Below are positions 1-9,477 of a DNA stretch of 56,809 bases, in pieces. The position numbers were made by a program, and so were the translations under genes. The stretch comes from Candidatus Bathyarchaeia archaeon (GTDB lineage Archaea > Thermoproteota > Bathyarchaeia > Bathyarchaeales > Bathycorpusculaceae). The stretch lies in contig JBEKGO010000010.1 of assembly GCA_050012755.1 (NCBI GenBank), positions 1-56,809 on the forward strand, given 5' to 3'. The notes beneath the pieces are model-generated. The model was not told where the DNA came from. It worked only from the letters and a program-made list of their open reading frames with translations, and searched no databases. Within the stretch, counting starts at the first letter, position 1, and each line of letters starts with the position of its first letter.

Positions 1-191
1 TTCTTCACCCTCATAATCAGAAGCCTAAAATTGAAGGCCTGATCTATCGCCTCCGAATATCATGGCTTAACTTTGCCTGTTATTTGGATAGTTGAATCAA
101 TCAAAAGCTTTTTCAAGAATTTCGTACATTGTTGATTTGGTTCAGGTGGAGAACTGTAATATTCTCTTATGGAGAGCGCGGATTGGTCACA

Positions 192-3100
192 ATGTCTAAA
201 CGTGGAGTTTTAGCTGAGCCTGTTATTGTTGGGAGAGAAAAAGAACTTGAAGAGCTACAATCACCCCTAAATTCGGCTGTTGAAGGCAAGGGAACAACAG
301 TTTTCATCTCGGGCGAGGCAGGCAGCGGAAAAACGAGAATCGCACGTGAATTCCTCAATAACGCAAGGCGAAGGGGAATAGCCGTTATGGCTGGTTGGTG
401 TCTGAGCGATGCTCAAGTGCCTTTCTTCCCTTTCATTGAAGCCTTCAACAACTATTATGCGGCCTTCACCGAGGAAGGATACCACGCAAGCCTCCAACAG
501 CCAAAAACTCAACTCAGCACAGAGGTTGCACAAGTCGATTTCGGAGTGCAAGAGCGGGAAATAACCTCCTGGCTGACTGGCCCAAAACCAGCAGAAAAGC
601 TGGGAAAAACCGAAGCGATTAATCCTCAAGTTTGGAAGGACCAGGCGTTCGCCGCTGTCGCAAAAACACTTCACCTTATCGCTGCCCACGACCCGGTTGT
701 CTTGTTCGTTGAGGATGTTCACTGGGCGGATTCAGCGTCACTGGCGTTGCTTCATTATCTTGCGAGGGCAATACATGGTCCAGAAAGAGTTCTCCTCTTA
801 GCGACGTTCAGAAGCGAGGAACTGACAGCTGATGCTGAGGGTCATCCACATCCGCTGGCTGAAACCCTTCGCATGATGCGGCGCGAGGAGCTGTTCACGG
901 AAATCAAGCTGCCAAGTCTCAGCCAAGCCTGTATCTCCAAGATGGCTGAAAACATGATAGGCGGAAGCCTGCAGCAGGAGCTGGCAGAGAAACTCTCGGC
1001 TGAGAGCAGGGGTAACCCCCTCTTTGTAGTTGAATCTCTGCGGATGCTGCACGAACGCAAAAGCCTAGTCCAAGAGAATAGTGAGTGGCGCCTTGCAGTA
1101 GACGAACTTGGGATCCCGTCAAAAATAAAAGACATCATATTGCGAAGGTTGGCTTGCTTAAAGTTTGCTCAGAGACGAGTGCTGGATGCTGCATCCGTTA
1201 TTGGAGAAGAATTTGACGTTGATCTCCTTTGCACAGTTCTCGGCCAAGACAACTTAGAGACCCTCGAAACACTTAACCAAATTGCTCAATCGACTTCACT
1301 GGTTCGTGTTGAGGAAAACCGCTACAGGTTCGACCACGCAAGGTCAAGAGAAACCCTGTACGAGGAACTCTCAGCACCATTGAAAAGGGGATATCATAAC
1401 AGGATCGCGGAAAAACTCGAAAGCATGAAGAACACCTCGCTTCCCATCAGTGACTTAGCTTTCCACTACGCGCAAGCCGGCAACAAAGAGAAAGCGGTAA
1501 AGTACGCCGTTGCCTCAGGGAGAGACGAGCTGGCAAAGTGGAGCAACAAACAAGCCATAAAACACTTTCAGTACGCACTCCAGAACATTTCAGAAAGACA
1601 GGCTGAAGAGAAAAGAGTCGCCTTAGAAGGCTTAGGAGACGCCTACATCGCCAGTTCCATGTATGCAGAAGCGATAAAGACTTTTGATGAGCTGGCCGCT
1701 TCTGAAACGGGGAGATTACGACTTCGCGCTTTCAGGAAAGCCTCAGATGCAGCTTATCTTAAGGGCGATGAACCTGATCTCTTGCTGGAATACGAGAAGA
1801 AAGCACAAGAACTGGCTGTAGATGACCGCTTGGAGATGGCAAGAATCCTCGACAACAGAGGAAAAGCCTTCGGCTGGGCAGGGCGCGGAGATCGAAAAAT
1901 GGACTTAGCAGACTACGATGCAGCTTTGCGGGTATTTGAGGAAGAGAACTCACTCGCCGACGTAGCAGAAGCACTATGGAGAAGCGGCGTCGTAAGCGGG
2001 ATGATTGAAGAGTCAAGGGAAAAAGGAATCGGAGAACTCTTGCGTTCAGTTGCCATTTTCAGGGAACTTGGCAATATCCGCAAAGAAATAGAAGCAACAA
2101 TTAACGCAGGCATAGGCTTTGGAATTATGGGGCTTCTTTCAGAAAGCAGGCGCGAACATGTTAACGCACTCAGACTCGGAGAGAAACTGTATTTATTCAC
2201 CGAATTAGCTCAAGTGAGCTATTATCTGGGCAATTCTTATGAAATGGGTCTTGAAGGTGTTTCTGAAGGTCTATCTCAAACTTTGAAGGCATTGGAGTAC
2301 AGCAAGAAAACAGATGCAAATTATATGCAAGAAGTGATTTACGCAATTCTTATCCGACAATATAGTAAACTCGGAGACTTGAAACACGCAGACGAGTACT
2401 TTGATAAAATGAATAAATTGCCGCCTGAAAGCACTCGCGCCAGTCATTTTGGTGTTGTAACGGTGGGTCAATTTTTTAGGGAAATTTACTATGCTGCAAA
2501 AGGCCTTTGGGAAGAATTCAATCAATCCTTTAAGGAAGCACGATTCGAAGAAACTAAATTGAAACTGAATTGGCCTCTTCAACAAATTTATTACAAAACA
2601 AACTATGCTTGGGTTCTTGATAAGCAGGGCAGAATTGAAGAGGCAAGAGTTCAACGTGATGAAGCCCAGAAAATGTTGGATCAGGTTGAAGAGAGGTTTG
2701 GGCGCGCCGATGTTGAATTGAGTGTTATGTTGCCGAGGAAGGTTCATGTTGGGGAGGAGTTTGAGATGCGCCTCGACCTTGTCAACGTGGGGAGAACAGC
2801 GACGACGCTCGCCAAAATCGACGGCGCGCTACCCCCTGAATTCGACATGGTTAGTCTTCCATCGTATTGCAGCCAGCAAAACGGCAGCCTTGAAATGAAA
2901 GAGAAAACCGTTGCCCCCTTCCAAGTTGAAACGATAAAGCTGAAGCTTAAAGCGGCCAAAGCGGGCAGTTACGGCTTAGACCCCGAAGTCAGTTATCTGG
3001 ATGATGAGGGCAAAATGAAAGCTTCCAGAACCAGCCCCATCACGGTGACTGTGCAACCGGCTAAACCCGCTTATGAGACGTTGCCGGGAAGAGTAATCAC

Positions 3101-3758
3101 TGGAACGCTGGAACTAGACAGGCTGCTTCTGGGAGGCATACCAGAAAAATACGCCGTTATCCTTGCCGCTGCTTCCAGTGATGAGAGACAAATACAAATC
3201 AAACGTTTCATTGAACAAGGCGCAAAAACAGGTGAGACAACACTTTACATTACGTGCGCGGCAGGAAACATTGAAAACTTCTATCAGCAATTCCAAACGA
3301 ACTTTAAACTCGTCATCTGCAACCCTCAAGCGGACATAATTATTCAAAAACAGCCGAACGTTTACACAATCAAAGGAGTAGACAACTTGACAGACATCGA
3401 CATCGCACTAACAAAGCTTTTCAGAACGCTTGACCCATTGCTGACCTCTCCGAAGAGGGCTTGTATCGATATGCTGTCCGACGTCCTGCTACAGCACCAT
3501 GCAGTTATAACTCGAAAATGGCTCATCAGCCTTCTTGCAAACCTAAAATCCAAAGGCTTCACAACCCTTGGAGTAATCGATCCAGGCATGCACCCAGCGG
3601 AGGAGACACAGGCAATCACAGGTTTGTTCGACGGAGAAATCAGAATCACCGAAAAAGAAACCGCCACCGGCTTGGTAAAAAGTCTCAGAATCAGAAAAAT
3701 GACCAATCAACGGTACTCAGAAAACGAACTTGTCCTAACAAAAGAAAAATTACTATAA
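192..3758 (+). CDS. STAND-type AAA ATPase with TPR repeats, Ig-like (BatD/CARDB-like) domain and C-terminal degenerate KaiC/RAD55-like domain
   Basis: Walker A GEAGSGKT, Walker B LFVEDVHWAD and GNPLF motif of STAND NTPases; helical TPR-like middle; beta-rich segment (VHVGEEFEMRLDLVNVG); C-terminal TGTLELDRLLLGGIP is a RecA/KaiC-like start. ATG at 192 preferred over TTG at 129. Confidence 0.8.
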   Translation: MSKRGVLAEPVIVGREKELEELQSPLNSAVEGKGTTVFISGEAGSGKTRIAREFLNNARRRGIAVMAGWCLSDAQVPFFPFIEAFNNYYAAFTEEGYHASLQQPKTQLSTEVAQVDFGVQEREITSWLTGPKPAEKLGKTEAINPQVWKDQAFAAVAKTLHLIAAHDPVVLFVEDVHWADSASLALLHYLARAIHGPERVLLLATFRSEELTADAEGHPHPLAETLRMMRREELFTEIKLPSLSQACISKMAENMIGGSLQQELAEKLSAESRGNPLFVVESLRMLHERKSLVQENSEWRLAVDELGIPSKIKDIILRRLACLKFAQRRVLDAASVIGEEFDVDLLCTVLGQDNLETLETLNQIAQSTSLVRVEENRYRFDHARSRETLYEELSAPLKRGYHNRIAEKLESMKNTSLPISDLAFHYAQAGNKEKAVKYAVASGRDELAKWSNKQAIKHFQYALQNISERQAEEKRVALEGLGDAYIASSMYAEAIKTFDELAASETGRLRLRAFRKASDAAYLKGDEPDLLLEYEKKAQELAVDDRLEMARILDNRGKAFGWAGRGDRKMDLADYDAALRVFEEENSLADVAEALWRSGVVSGMIEESREKGIGELLRSVAIFRELGNIRKEIEATINAGIGFGIMGLLSESRREHVNALRLGEKLYLFTELAQVSYYLGNSYEMGLEGVSEGLSQTLKALEYSKKTDANYMQEVIYAILIRQYSKLGDLKHADEYFDKMNKLPPESTRASHFGVVTVGQFFREIYYAAKGLWEEFNQSFKEARFEETKLKLNWPLQQIYYKTNYAWVLDKQGRIEEARVQRDEAQKMLDQVEERFGRADVELSVMLPRKVHVGEEFEMRLDLVNVGRTATTLAKIDGALPPEFDMVSLPSYCSQQNGSLEMKEKTVAPFQVETIKLKLKAAKAGSYGLDPEVSYLDDEGKMKASRTSPITVTVQPAKPAYETLPGRVITGTLELDRLLLGGIPEKYAVILAAASSDERQIQIKRFIEQGAKTGETTLYITCAAGNIENFYQQFQTNFKLVICNPQADIIIQKQPNVYTIKGVDNLTDIDIALTKLFRTLDPLLTSPKRACIDMLSDVLLQHHAVITRKWLISLLANLKSKGFTTLGVIDPGMHPAEETQAITGLFDGEIRITEKETATGLVKSLRIRKMTNQRYSENELVLTKEKLL

Positions 3759-3858
3759 TCGACCCAAAACAGAAATTGCCCGGCTTGAAAGAACGCACAA
3801 GTGTGCATTTTTAAAATTAAATATGAGTCCTAGAGAGTGTTTCTGAAACCTCTGGCAT

Positions 3859-5304
3859 TCATTTTCCTAACAAAAACTGAATTGTCTTTTTTGGGTTACG
3901 AAGCGCCTTTGCAACCTTCGCTGGAGTTAGTGAGTAGTTTATGAGATTGGCTTTGGCGCATAATTCGCTAAGTTCGTTTGCTGTGAACTCTGGAGTTTCA
4001 ATTAGAGGTTCAACCTCTGCTAGCGCTTCATCACTAAATTTCTCCTTTAAGTATCCGCCTCTTACAGCCTGTTCGTAAAGTTCAGTCCCGTAAAGAGGCA
4101 TAGCTATACTGAAGTAAAATCTATCAGCGCCAAGGCTCCTCAGTTTGTAGGCATACTTTATTGTTTCGTTTATGTCGTCTTTTGTTTCACCTATAAGGCC
4201 AATGACAAAAAAACAGCCCACCTTGATACCCACTTTTTTAGCTAAGATAACGGCTGTCTCTACATCTTTCAAGTTTAAACTCTTTTTGACAATCTTATCT
4301 AAAACTCGTTGAACACCAGATTCTGGAGCAATTCGTATTTTTTTGCAGCCAGAAGCTTTCATTTTTCTTAGGAGGTTTTCATCAAGAGTGTCTGCCCTAA
4401 CGCCGTTGGGCGTAAACCATTCAATGTGTAATTTTCTTTTTACGATCAGATCGCAGATGTCTTCTCCCCTTTTTTTGTCCAGCATCATATTGTCGTCGAA
4501 AAAATCGATTTGTTTTATTTTATAGGTATTAACCAAATATTGGATTTCATCAGCCACATTTTGGGGGCTTCTTCCTCGCCAAGTTTTTCCCATAACGTTG
4601 TGAATTGAACAAAAAACGCAGCCGTAAGGGCAGCCTCTGCTTGTTATCATCATCGCCCAAGGTTTCCTAATTTCGTCTCGCAGGGGATTTTCTTTCACAG
4701 CTTCGAAATATGTATTCATTGGAAGAAGATGTCTGGCTGGAAATGGCAATGAGTCCAAATTTTCGATTGGAGGTCTCGGAGGGGTAATAACTATTTTTTC
4801 TTTCTCCTTAAAGCCAATACCTTTTACTTCCTTGAAATTGTCGTTGTTTTCGTCCAGTGCATCCACTAACTCGGACATAGTTTGTTCTGGTTCGCCAATA
4901 ACAACAAAATCAATGTCGGGGTTTGCGAGGCATTCGTTTGGTCTTGTAGAGGGGTGCAAACCATTCAGTACCACCGTGACGTTTTTGTTGATGCTTTTTA
5001 TGGCGGAAATAACTTCGCATGTAGATTTCCACCAACCGGAGAACGGGACTGAAATATCAACAACATTTGGCGACCATTCTTTTACTCTATTTGCTATTCC
5101 CTCGTTGGATAAACCCTGTCGATAGTTCATTCCCTTTACTTCTTCAAGGTTTTTCCAGCCCTCAGCAGCCGCATCTATTATGCGAACATCATGTTCCTTT
5201 TCGAGAACAGCCGCTATGTATGTTACATCTAGAGGTTGAAATACACTCGGTTTTCCCCATGATTTGGGATGAATACGCGGGGGATTAATCAAACAAACGC
5301 GCAT
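3859..5304 (-). CDS. Cobalamin-binding (class B) radical SAM protein
   Basis: N-terminal B12-binding domain (LINPP...GLHPS...VVIGEPE), SRGCPYGCVFC CxxxCxxC motif, FDDN and ESG motifs. Confidence 0.9.
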   Translation of the reverse strand: MRVCLINPPRIHPKSWGKPSVFQPLDVTYIAAVLEKEHDVRIIDAAAEGWKNLEEVKGMNYRQGLSNEGIANRVKEWSPNVVDISVPFSGWWKSTCEVISAIKSINKNVTVVLNGLHPSTRPNECLANPDIDFVVIGEPEQTMSELVDALDENNDNFKEVKGIGFKEKEKIVITPPRPPIENLDSLPFPARHLLPMNTYFEAVKENPLRDEIRKPWAMMITSRGCPYGCVFCSIHNVMGKTWRGRSPQNVADEIQYLVNTYKIKQIDFFDDNMMLDKKRGEDICDLIVKRKLHIEWFTPNGVRADTLDENLLRKMKASGCKKIRIAPESGVQRVLDKIVKKSLNLKDVETAVILAKKVGIKVGCFFVIGLIGETKDDINETIKYAYKLRSLGADRFYFSIAMPLYGTELYEQAVRGGYLKEKFSDEALAEVEPLIETPEFTANELSELCAKANLINYSLTPAKVAKALRNPKKTIQFLLGK

Positions 5305-5497
5305 ATTGAATTTACCACATTTTCTAATGTGTATAAGGGATCTGATTTTTTAGTTTATTAGGATTGAAGATTCTGATTAACGTTTGCTTTGTCAGAAGAT
5401 TAGTCTGGAGAAATCGAAAATAGCAGCATATTCGAAGACACCAATTGTCAAATGTTGTTTCCAGAATAATCCAAGAGCATCCGAAGCTGATGACCTA

Positions 5498-5953
5498 TTA
5501 CAGTTTCGTTTTGTTTCTAAATCGTAGAGCCTCAACCAGAAAAATAAGTGCGGAGACAACTGTCACTATTGTTAGAAGCCAAAACGATTCTTGAATAGGG
5601 TCGCCTAAAATCAAATGAGGAATCAATATTGCAAGCTCCGAGATCAAAACCCCAATAAAAACAAAGCCAAATATTGCAAAGCTAGGCAGCATGGTTTTGC
5701 CTACCCAGACGTAGCCTTTCATGTTTACTTTTTCCTTGACAATGTAATTGCCATATTCGTCTTTGACAACCAAGCCTAAGTCCATGAGTTTCTGAAGGTT
5801 TCGATAAGCGACACTGGGGCTGCTGAGATTGGCTCCACGCATCAAATCTCTTGGTCCAACGGGTTTTCCCACCTTAACCATGTAGACGTAGCTCTGAAAT
5901 GTTGTTGCGTTTAATTCTTCATCGGGCTGCAATCTGTAACCAACATTAATCAA
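5498..5953 (-). CDS. Winged-HTH transcriptional regulator with two C-terminal transmembrane helices
   Basis: PVGPRDLMRGANLSSPSVAYRNLQKLMDLGLV wHTH followed by two hydrophobic helices; paralog of 26151..26606. Confidence 0.75.
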   Translation of the reverse strand: MINVGYRLQPDEELNATTFQSYVYMVKVGKPVGPRDLMRGANLSSPSVAYRNLQKLMDLGLVVKDEYGNYIVKEKVNMKGYVWVGKTMLPSFAIFGFVFIGVLISELAILIPHLILGDPIQESFWLLTIVTVVSALIFLVEALRFRNKTKL

Positions 5954-6104
5954 TTGACTAGCTCTTGCTTAAAAAACCAAGCATGAATAAGCCCAAACGG
6001 GCACTTTCACATTGGAAAGGAAAAGCGATTCTTCATCGCTACAAACCGTAATCGATATAAACACTTTGCCCAAAGTATCTCGAAAGCAAAGCTTGGGTTA
6101 ACTC

Positions 6105-7094
6105 TTGGATCTAAACTTATTGAATATATCAGTTGCCATTTTCATGATGGTCTTGGCTATATTGTTAGATTTAGTTCTTGGCGACCCATCTCCCAACTAC
6201 CCAGACAGATGGTTCTTCAAGCTTCACCCGACTGTTTTGATGGGGAATTTTACCAGCAAAATTGAACCCTACTTCAAAAACCCCAGCCCAAAAACAGAAA
6301 AATTTTTAGGCGTTCTCTTAGCGCTAACGGTGATTGCAACGTTTACGATTCCAGTTTACTTTGGCTTATGGGCAATCTTCACTTATGTTAGCATCTTCCT
6401 CTATGCATTCATCGGCATTATCCTTTTGAAATTAACGATTTGTATTAAGCTGGAGACGGATTGGGCAAAAGCCGCTGCCAAAGCCATAAAGGCTAACAAC
6501 TTAGACGAAGCAAAAAAGTACAGTCACTTCTCAAGAAGAGACTCGAGAAGCCTAAACGGCTCCCAAATTAGTAGTGCAGTTATAGAGTCAATGGCGGAGA
6601 ACCTGATTGACTTCAAACTCTCTCCTATGATGTCCTTTGCCTTGTTTGGGGTTACCGGCGCAATCGCTTTCCGAGCCATAAACACGCTAGACGGTATGGT
6701 AGGGTTCAAGGATAAAGAACATATTAATACAGGATGGTTCAGCGCCAATCTTGATACAATAGTTAACTACATTCCCACAAGGTTAACAGCGTTACTCATG
6801 ATTGTGGCAGCGGCACTCCTTCGCATGGATGTCCGGAATGCATGGAGAATCTCCTACAGAGATCATAAGAAAACCCCGAGCAGAAATCATGGTTGGCCAA
6901 TGGCTGCTATGGCTGGTGCACTGCGGGTGCAGTTGGAGAAGCCTGGGCAGTACGTTCTTGGTGATAGTTTGGAGCCTTTAACAGGTGATAAGATTTTGGC
7001 TGCCCTGCGAATTAGAGATGTAACAATTGTTTTGTGGGCGATTTTGTGTGTTGGCGTAATTGTTGCTGTGCGTTTGTTCTTTTTGCCTTTCTAA
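6105..7094 (+). CDS. cbiB: Adenosylcobinamide-phosphate synthase CbiB/CobD
   Basis: LDLVLGDP, HP, IESMAENLID, FRAINTLDGMVG, NYIPTRLTA and PSRNHGWPMAAMAGAL motifs typical of the CobD_Cbib family. Confidence 0.9.
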   Translation: MDLNLLNISVAIFMMVLAILLDLVLGDPSPNYPDRWFFKLHPTVLMGNFTSKIEPYFKNPSPKTEKFLGVLLALTVIATFTIPVYFGLWAIFTYVSIFLYAFIGIILLKLTICIKLETDWAKAAAKAIKANNLDEAKKYSHFSRRDSRSLNGSQISSAVIESMAENLIDFKLSPMMSFALFGVTGAIAFRAINTLDGMVGFKDKEHINTGWFSANLDTIVNYIPTRLTALLMIVAAALLRMDVRNAWRISYRDHKKTPSRNHGWPMAAMAGALRVQLEKPGQYVLGDSLEPLTGDKILAALRIRDVTIVLWAILCVGVIVAVRLFFLPF

Positions 7095-8656
7095 TTAATC
7101 TTTGAATATACTATTTTGCCGTCGATAATTGTCATTTCAACTTTAATATTCTCGAATTCGTGCTGAGCAGGGGTTGCAAATGGATCGTCGGAAAGGACAG
7201 TTAAATCTGCTAGCATACCATCCTGAATTGATCCTTTAAGATGTTCTTCACCAGAAGAGTAGGCTGCGTTGACTGTGTACATGCTTAAGGCTTCCTCAAC
7301 TCTTAAGCGCTGTTCAGGAAAGCTTGGTCTATGTAGAGCTTCATGCATGCCGAGAAACGGGTTTAAGGGTTCCATAGGGCAGTCTGAGCCTCCAGCAACT
7401 CGTATGCCTTCTCTGATCAGAGTTTTTAGCGGATGCAACCACTTGGCTCTTTCCTCGCCCAAACGCTTAGTAGCTGACCAAACAGCAAATTCGGTAGTAA
7501 TAACTTTGGGCTGGGCAGTGACGACGGCATTACACTTTTTTAGCCGCTCAACCAATTCTTTGTTCAGGATTGCTGCCTGCTCGATTCGAAAACGAACGTT
7601 TTTTTGTTTGGAAGTCTGCTCAATTGCCCTCAGCACTGTATCCACAGCCTTGTCGCCCATGGCATGCATAACGGGCTGAAAACCTGCTGACAGAACATTA
7701 GCAACTGAAGACGCCAAACTTTCCTCGGTTAAGAACAATTTACCACTGTTGTTTGGTTCATCACTGTATGGCTCGAATAGCGCTGCGGTTTTGGAATCTA
7801 AATATCCATCTTCGGCAATCATTATGCCTCCAATATGCAGCATTAAATTGTCATTCGATTGGAAACCTAAAGTTTGTTTCATGCACGCTTCCGGAACAAT
7901 CACATTAACCCTGACAGGAAGCTTTCCTTGTCTATGTAGCCCCTGAATTAACTCTAGTTCATTTTCCGAGAGAATTATCCAGTGCACAGTCGTTAATCCA
8001 GCTTTCACAATCTCTTGGCAAGCCAATGTCGTAGCCTCGGAAAGCTCATCACCCGTTGGTTCAGGAACCACTCGCCAAACCAGGTTTGTGGCGCTGTCCC
8101 GCAAAATACCTGTTAGTTCACCTGTCTGTGGATTTTTATCGATGTTTCCTGCTGGAGGGGCAACAGTTTGTTGAGTAACACAAGCCAAACTCAAGGCTTT
8201 GTCGTTTGTTGCACAAATCATTTCTTTTTCATGATAAAGAATTACGGGATTGTCTAGTGCAGCGGCATTTAGATCTGAGAGGTTAAGTAGGCGCTTTTCT
8301 TTAAACCGGTTTTGGTTCCATCCGCGACCGATTATCCATTTCCCAGCTGGGATTTGCTTAATCTTCTTTCTTATGCAACTTTGCAGTTGTTTGATTGATT
8401 TTACATTGGTTAAGTCAAGCCATAACAAGCATCTGCCAAAGTCTGCCACATGAATATGGGTATCAATCAAGCCGGGAATGACTGTTTTGCCGTTAAGATC
8501 AATAATTTTGGTGTTCTTGCTGATTATCTTGGATACCGTCTCGTTTGTGCCTATCTTTACGATTTTGTTTTTTCTAATTGCTACGGCTTGGGCGATAGGT
8601 TGCTGGGGGTTCATAGTCCTAACGGTAGCGTTTATAAGAGCTAAATCGGCTGCCAA
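7091..8656 (-). CDS. Amidohydrolase 3 family (YtcJ-like) metal-dependent hydrolase
   Basis: IDLNGKTVIPGLIDTHIH, GRGWNQ, HAMGD, GGSDCP, YTVNAAY and GMLADLTVL motifs. Confidence 0.85.
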   Translation of the reverse strand: MAADLALINATVRTMNPQQPIAQAVAIRKNKIVKIGTNETVSKIISKNTKIIDLNGKTVIPGLIDTHIHVADFGRCLLWLDLTNVKSIKQLQSCIRKKIKQIPAGKWIIGRGWNQNRFKEKRLLNLSDLNAAALDNPVILYHEKEMICATNDKALSLACVTQQTVAPPAGNIDKNPQTGELTGILRDSATNLVWRVVPEPTGDELSEATTLACQEIVKAGLTTVHWIILSENELELIQGLHRQGKLPVRVNVIVPEACMKQTLGFQSNDNLMLHIGGIMIAEDGYLDSKTAALFEPYSDEPNNSGKLFLTEESLASSVANVLSAGFQPVMHAMGDKAVDTVLRAIEQTSKQKNVRFRIEQAAILNKELVERLKKCNAVVTAQPKVITTEFAVWSATKRLGEERAKWLHPLKTLIREGIRVAGGSDCPMEPLNPFLGMHEALHRPSFPEQRLRVEEALSMYTVNAAYSSGEEHLKGSIQDGMLADLTVLSDDPFATPAQHEFENIKVEMTIIDGKIVYSKIN

Positions 8657-8831
8657 ACTCTATTTTCTCCACCTATTAGACAATACTTCGCCTATTGAAT
8701 ACTTTCGATAAAAACCTTGCTTCACAACGATACTGTTAAGTCAAGTGACCCAAGAAAAGAAGTCTTTTTAAATACATCTCTTTTTTCTGCTGTAATGTGG
8801 GAACCAAAGAGTTATTGAGTTATTCTGTGAA

Positions 8832-9176
8832 TTATGCAAGAAACAAAATAAAACACATAGTCAGGAGAAGACCACCCGCAAGCATGAGAACTATGCCTGT
8901 TACATCTTGTTTTTCCGTTTGCTCTCCATACACTTTCCTTCCATCCAAACCAATATTTCGGTATGTTCTACCACTACGCGGCCCAATGGACGTAATGTTC
9001 CCGCCACCACGAACTACTCCTAACGCTAGAGTCACTGCACCCTCAACAAACATTAGAACGCCAATTGTTGTTCTAATATCACTTCCAAAAAAGTATCCAG
9101 CATAAGACCAAATTTGAGAACTAAAGAAATAAACTACAACAAAGTCCACAAGAATCACAGCGCTACAAAAAAACAA
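8832..9176 (-). CDS. Small hypothetical membrane protein (about 3 TM helices)
   Basis: 114-aa ORF with three hydrophobic segments; TTG start is uncertain. Confidence 0.5.
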   Translation of the reverse strand: MFFCSAVILVDFVVVYFFSSQIWSYAGYFFGSDIRTTIGVLMFVEGAVTLALGVVRGGGNITSIGPRSGRTYRNIGLDGRKVYGEQTEKQDVTGIVLMLAGGLLLTMCFILFLA

Positions 9177-9280
9177 CGATTCTAACTAAGGTCCTTCTCC
9201 ATTTGGAATTATCCTTAATCTGCGACAGAGATTATTTCCCTCAAATATCATTCAATATTTCTTGCTCTTAACATCTTTGC

Positions 9281-9376
9281 TTATTTGATTTTTACCCTTT
9301 GTTTAACACGCTTTTCATATTCCTCTGCCGTTATGATGCCCTTCTCAATAAGCAAGTCAACTAAGACAGAGTGCAT
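9281..9376 (-). CDS. Putative 31-aa SHOCT-like small protein or gene remnant
   Basis: Hand translation MHSVLVDLLIEKGIITAEEYEKRVKQRVKIK*; below the ORF-track size cut-off. Confidence 0.4.
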   Translation of the reverse strand: MHSVLVDLLIEKGIITAEEYEKRVKQRVKIK

Positions 9377-9477
9377 ATGTCCTGCTTTTCATCGTACATT
9401 TTATTGTTTAGCAGCTGGAAATACCTAAGCTAAATTCTGCACTTTGTCAAAAATTAGATGACCTGGAAAAAGCGCCT

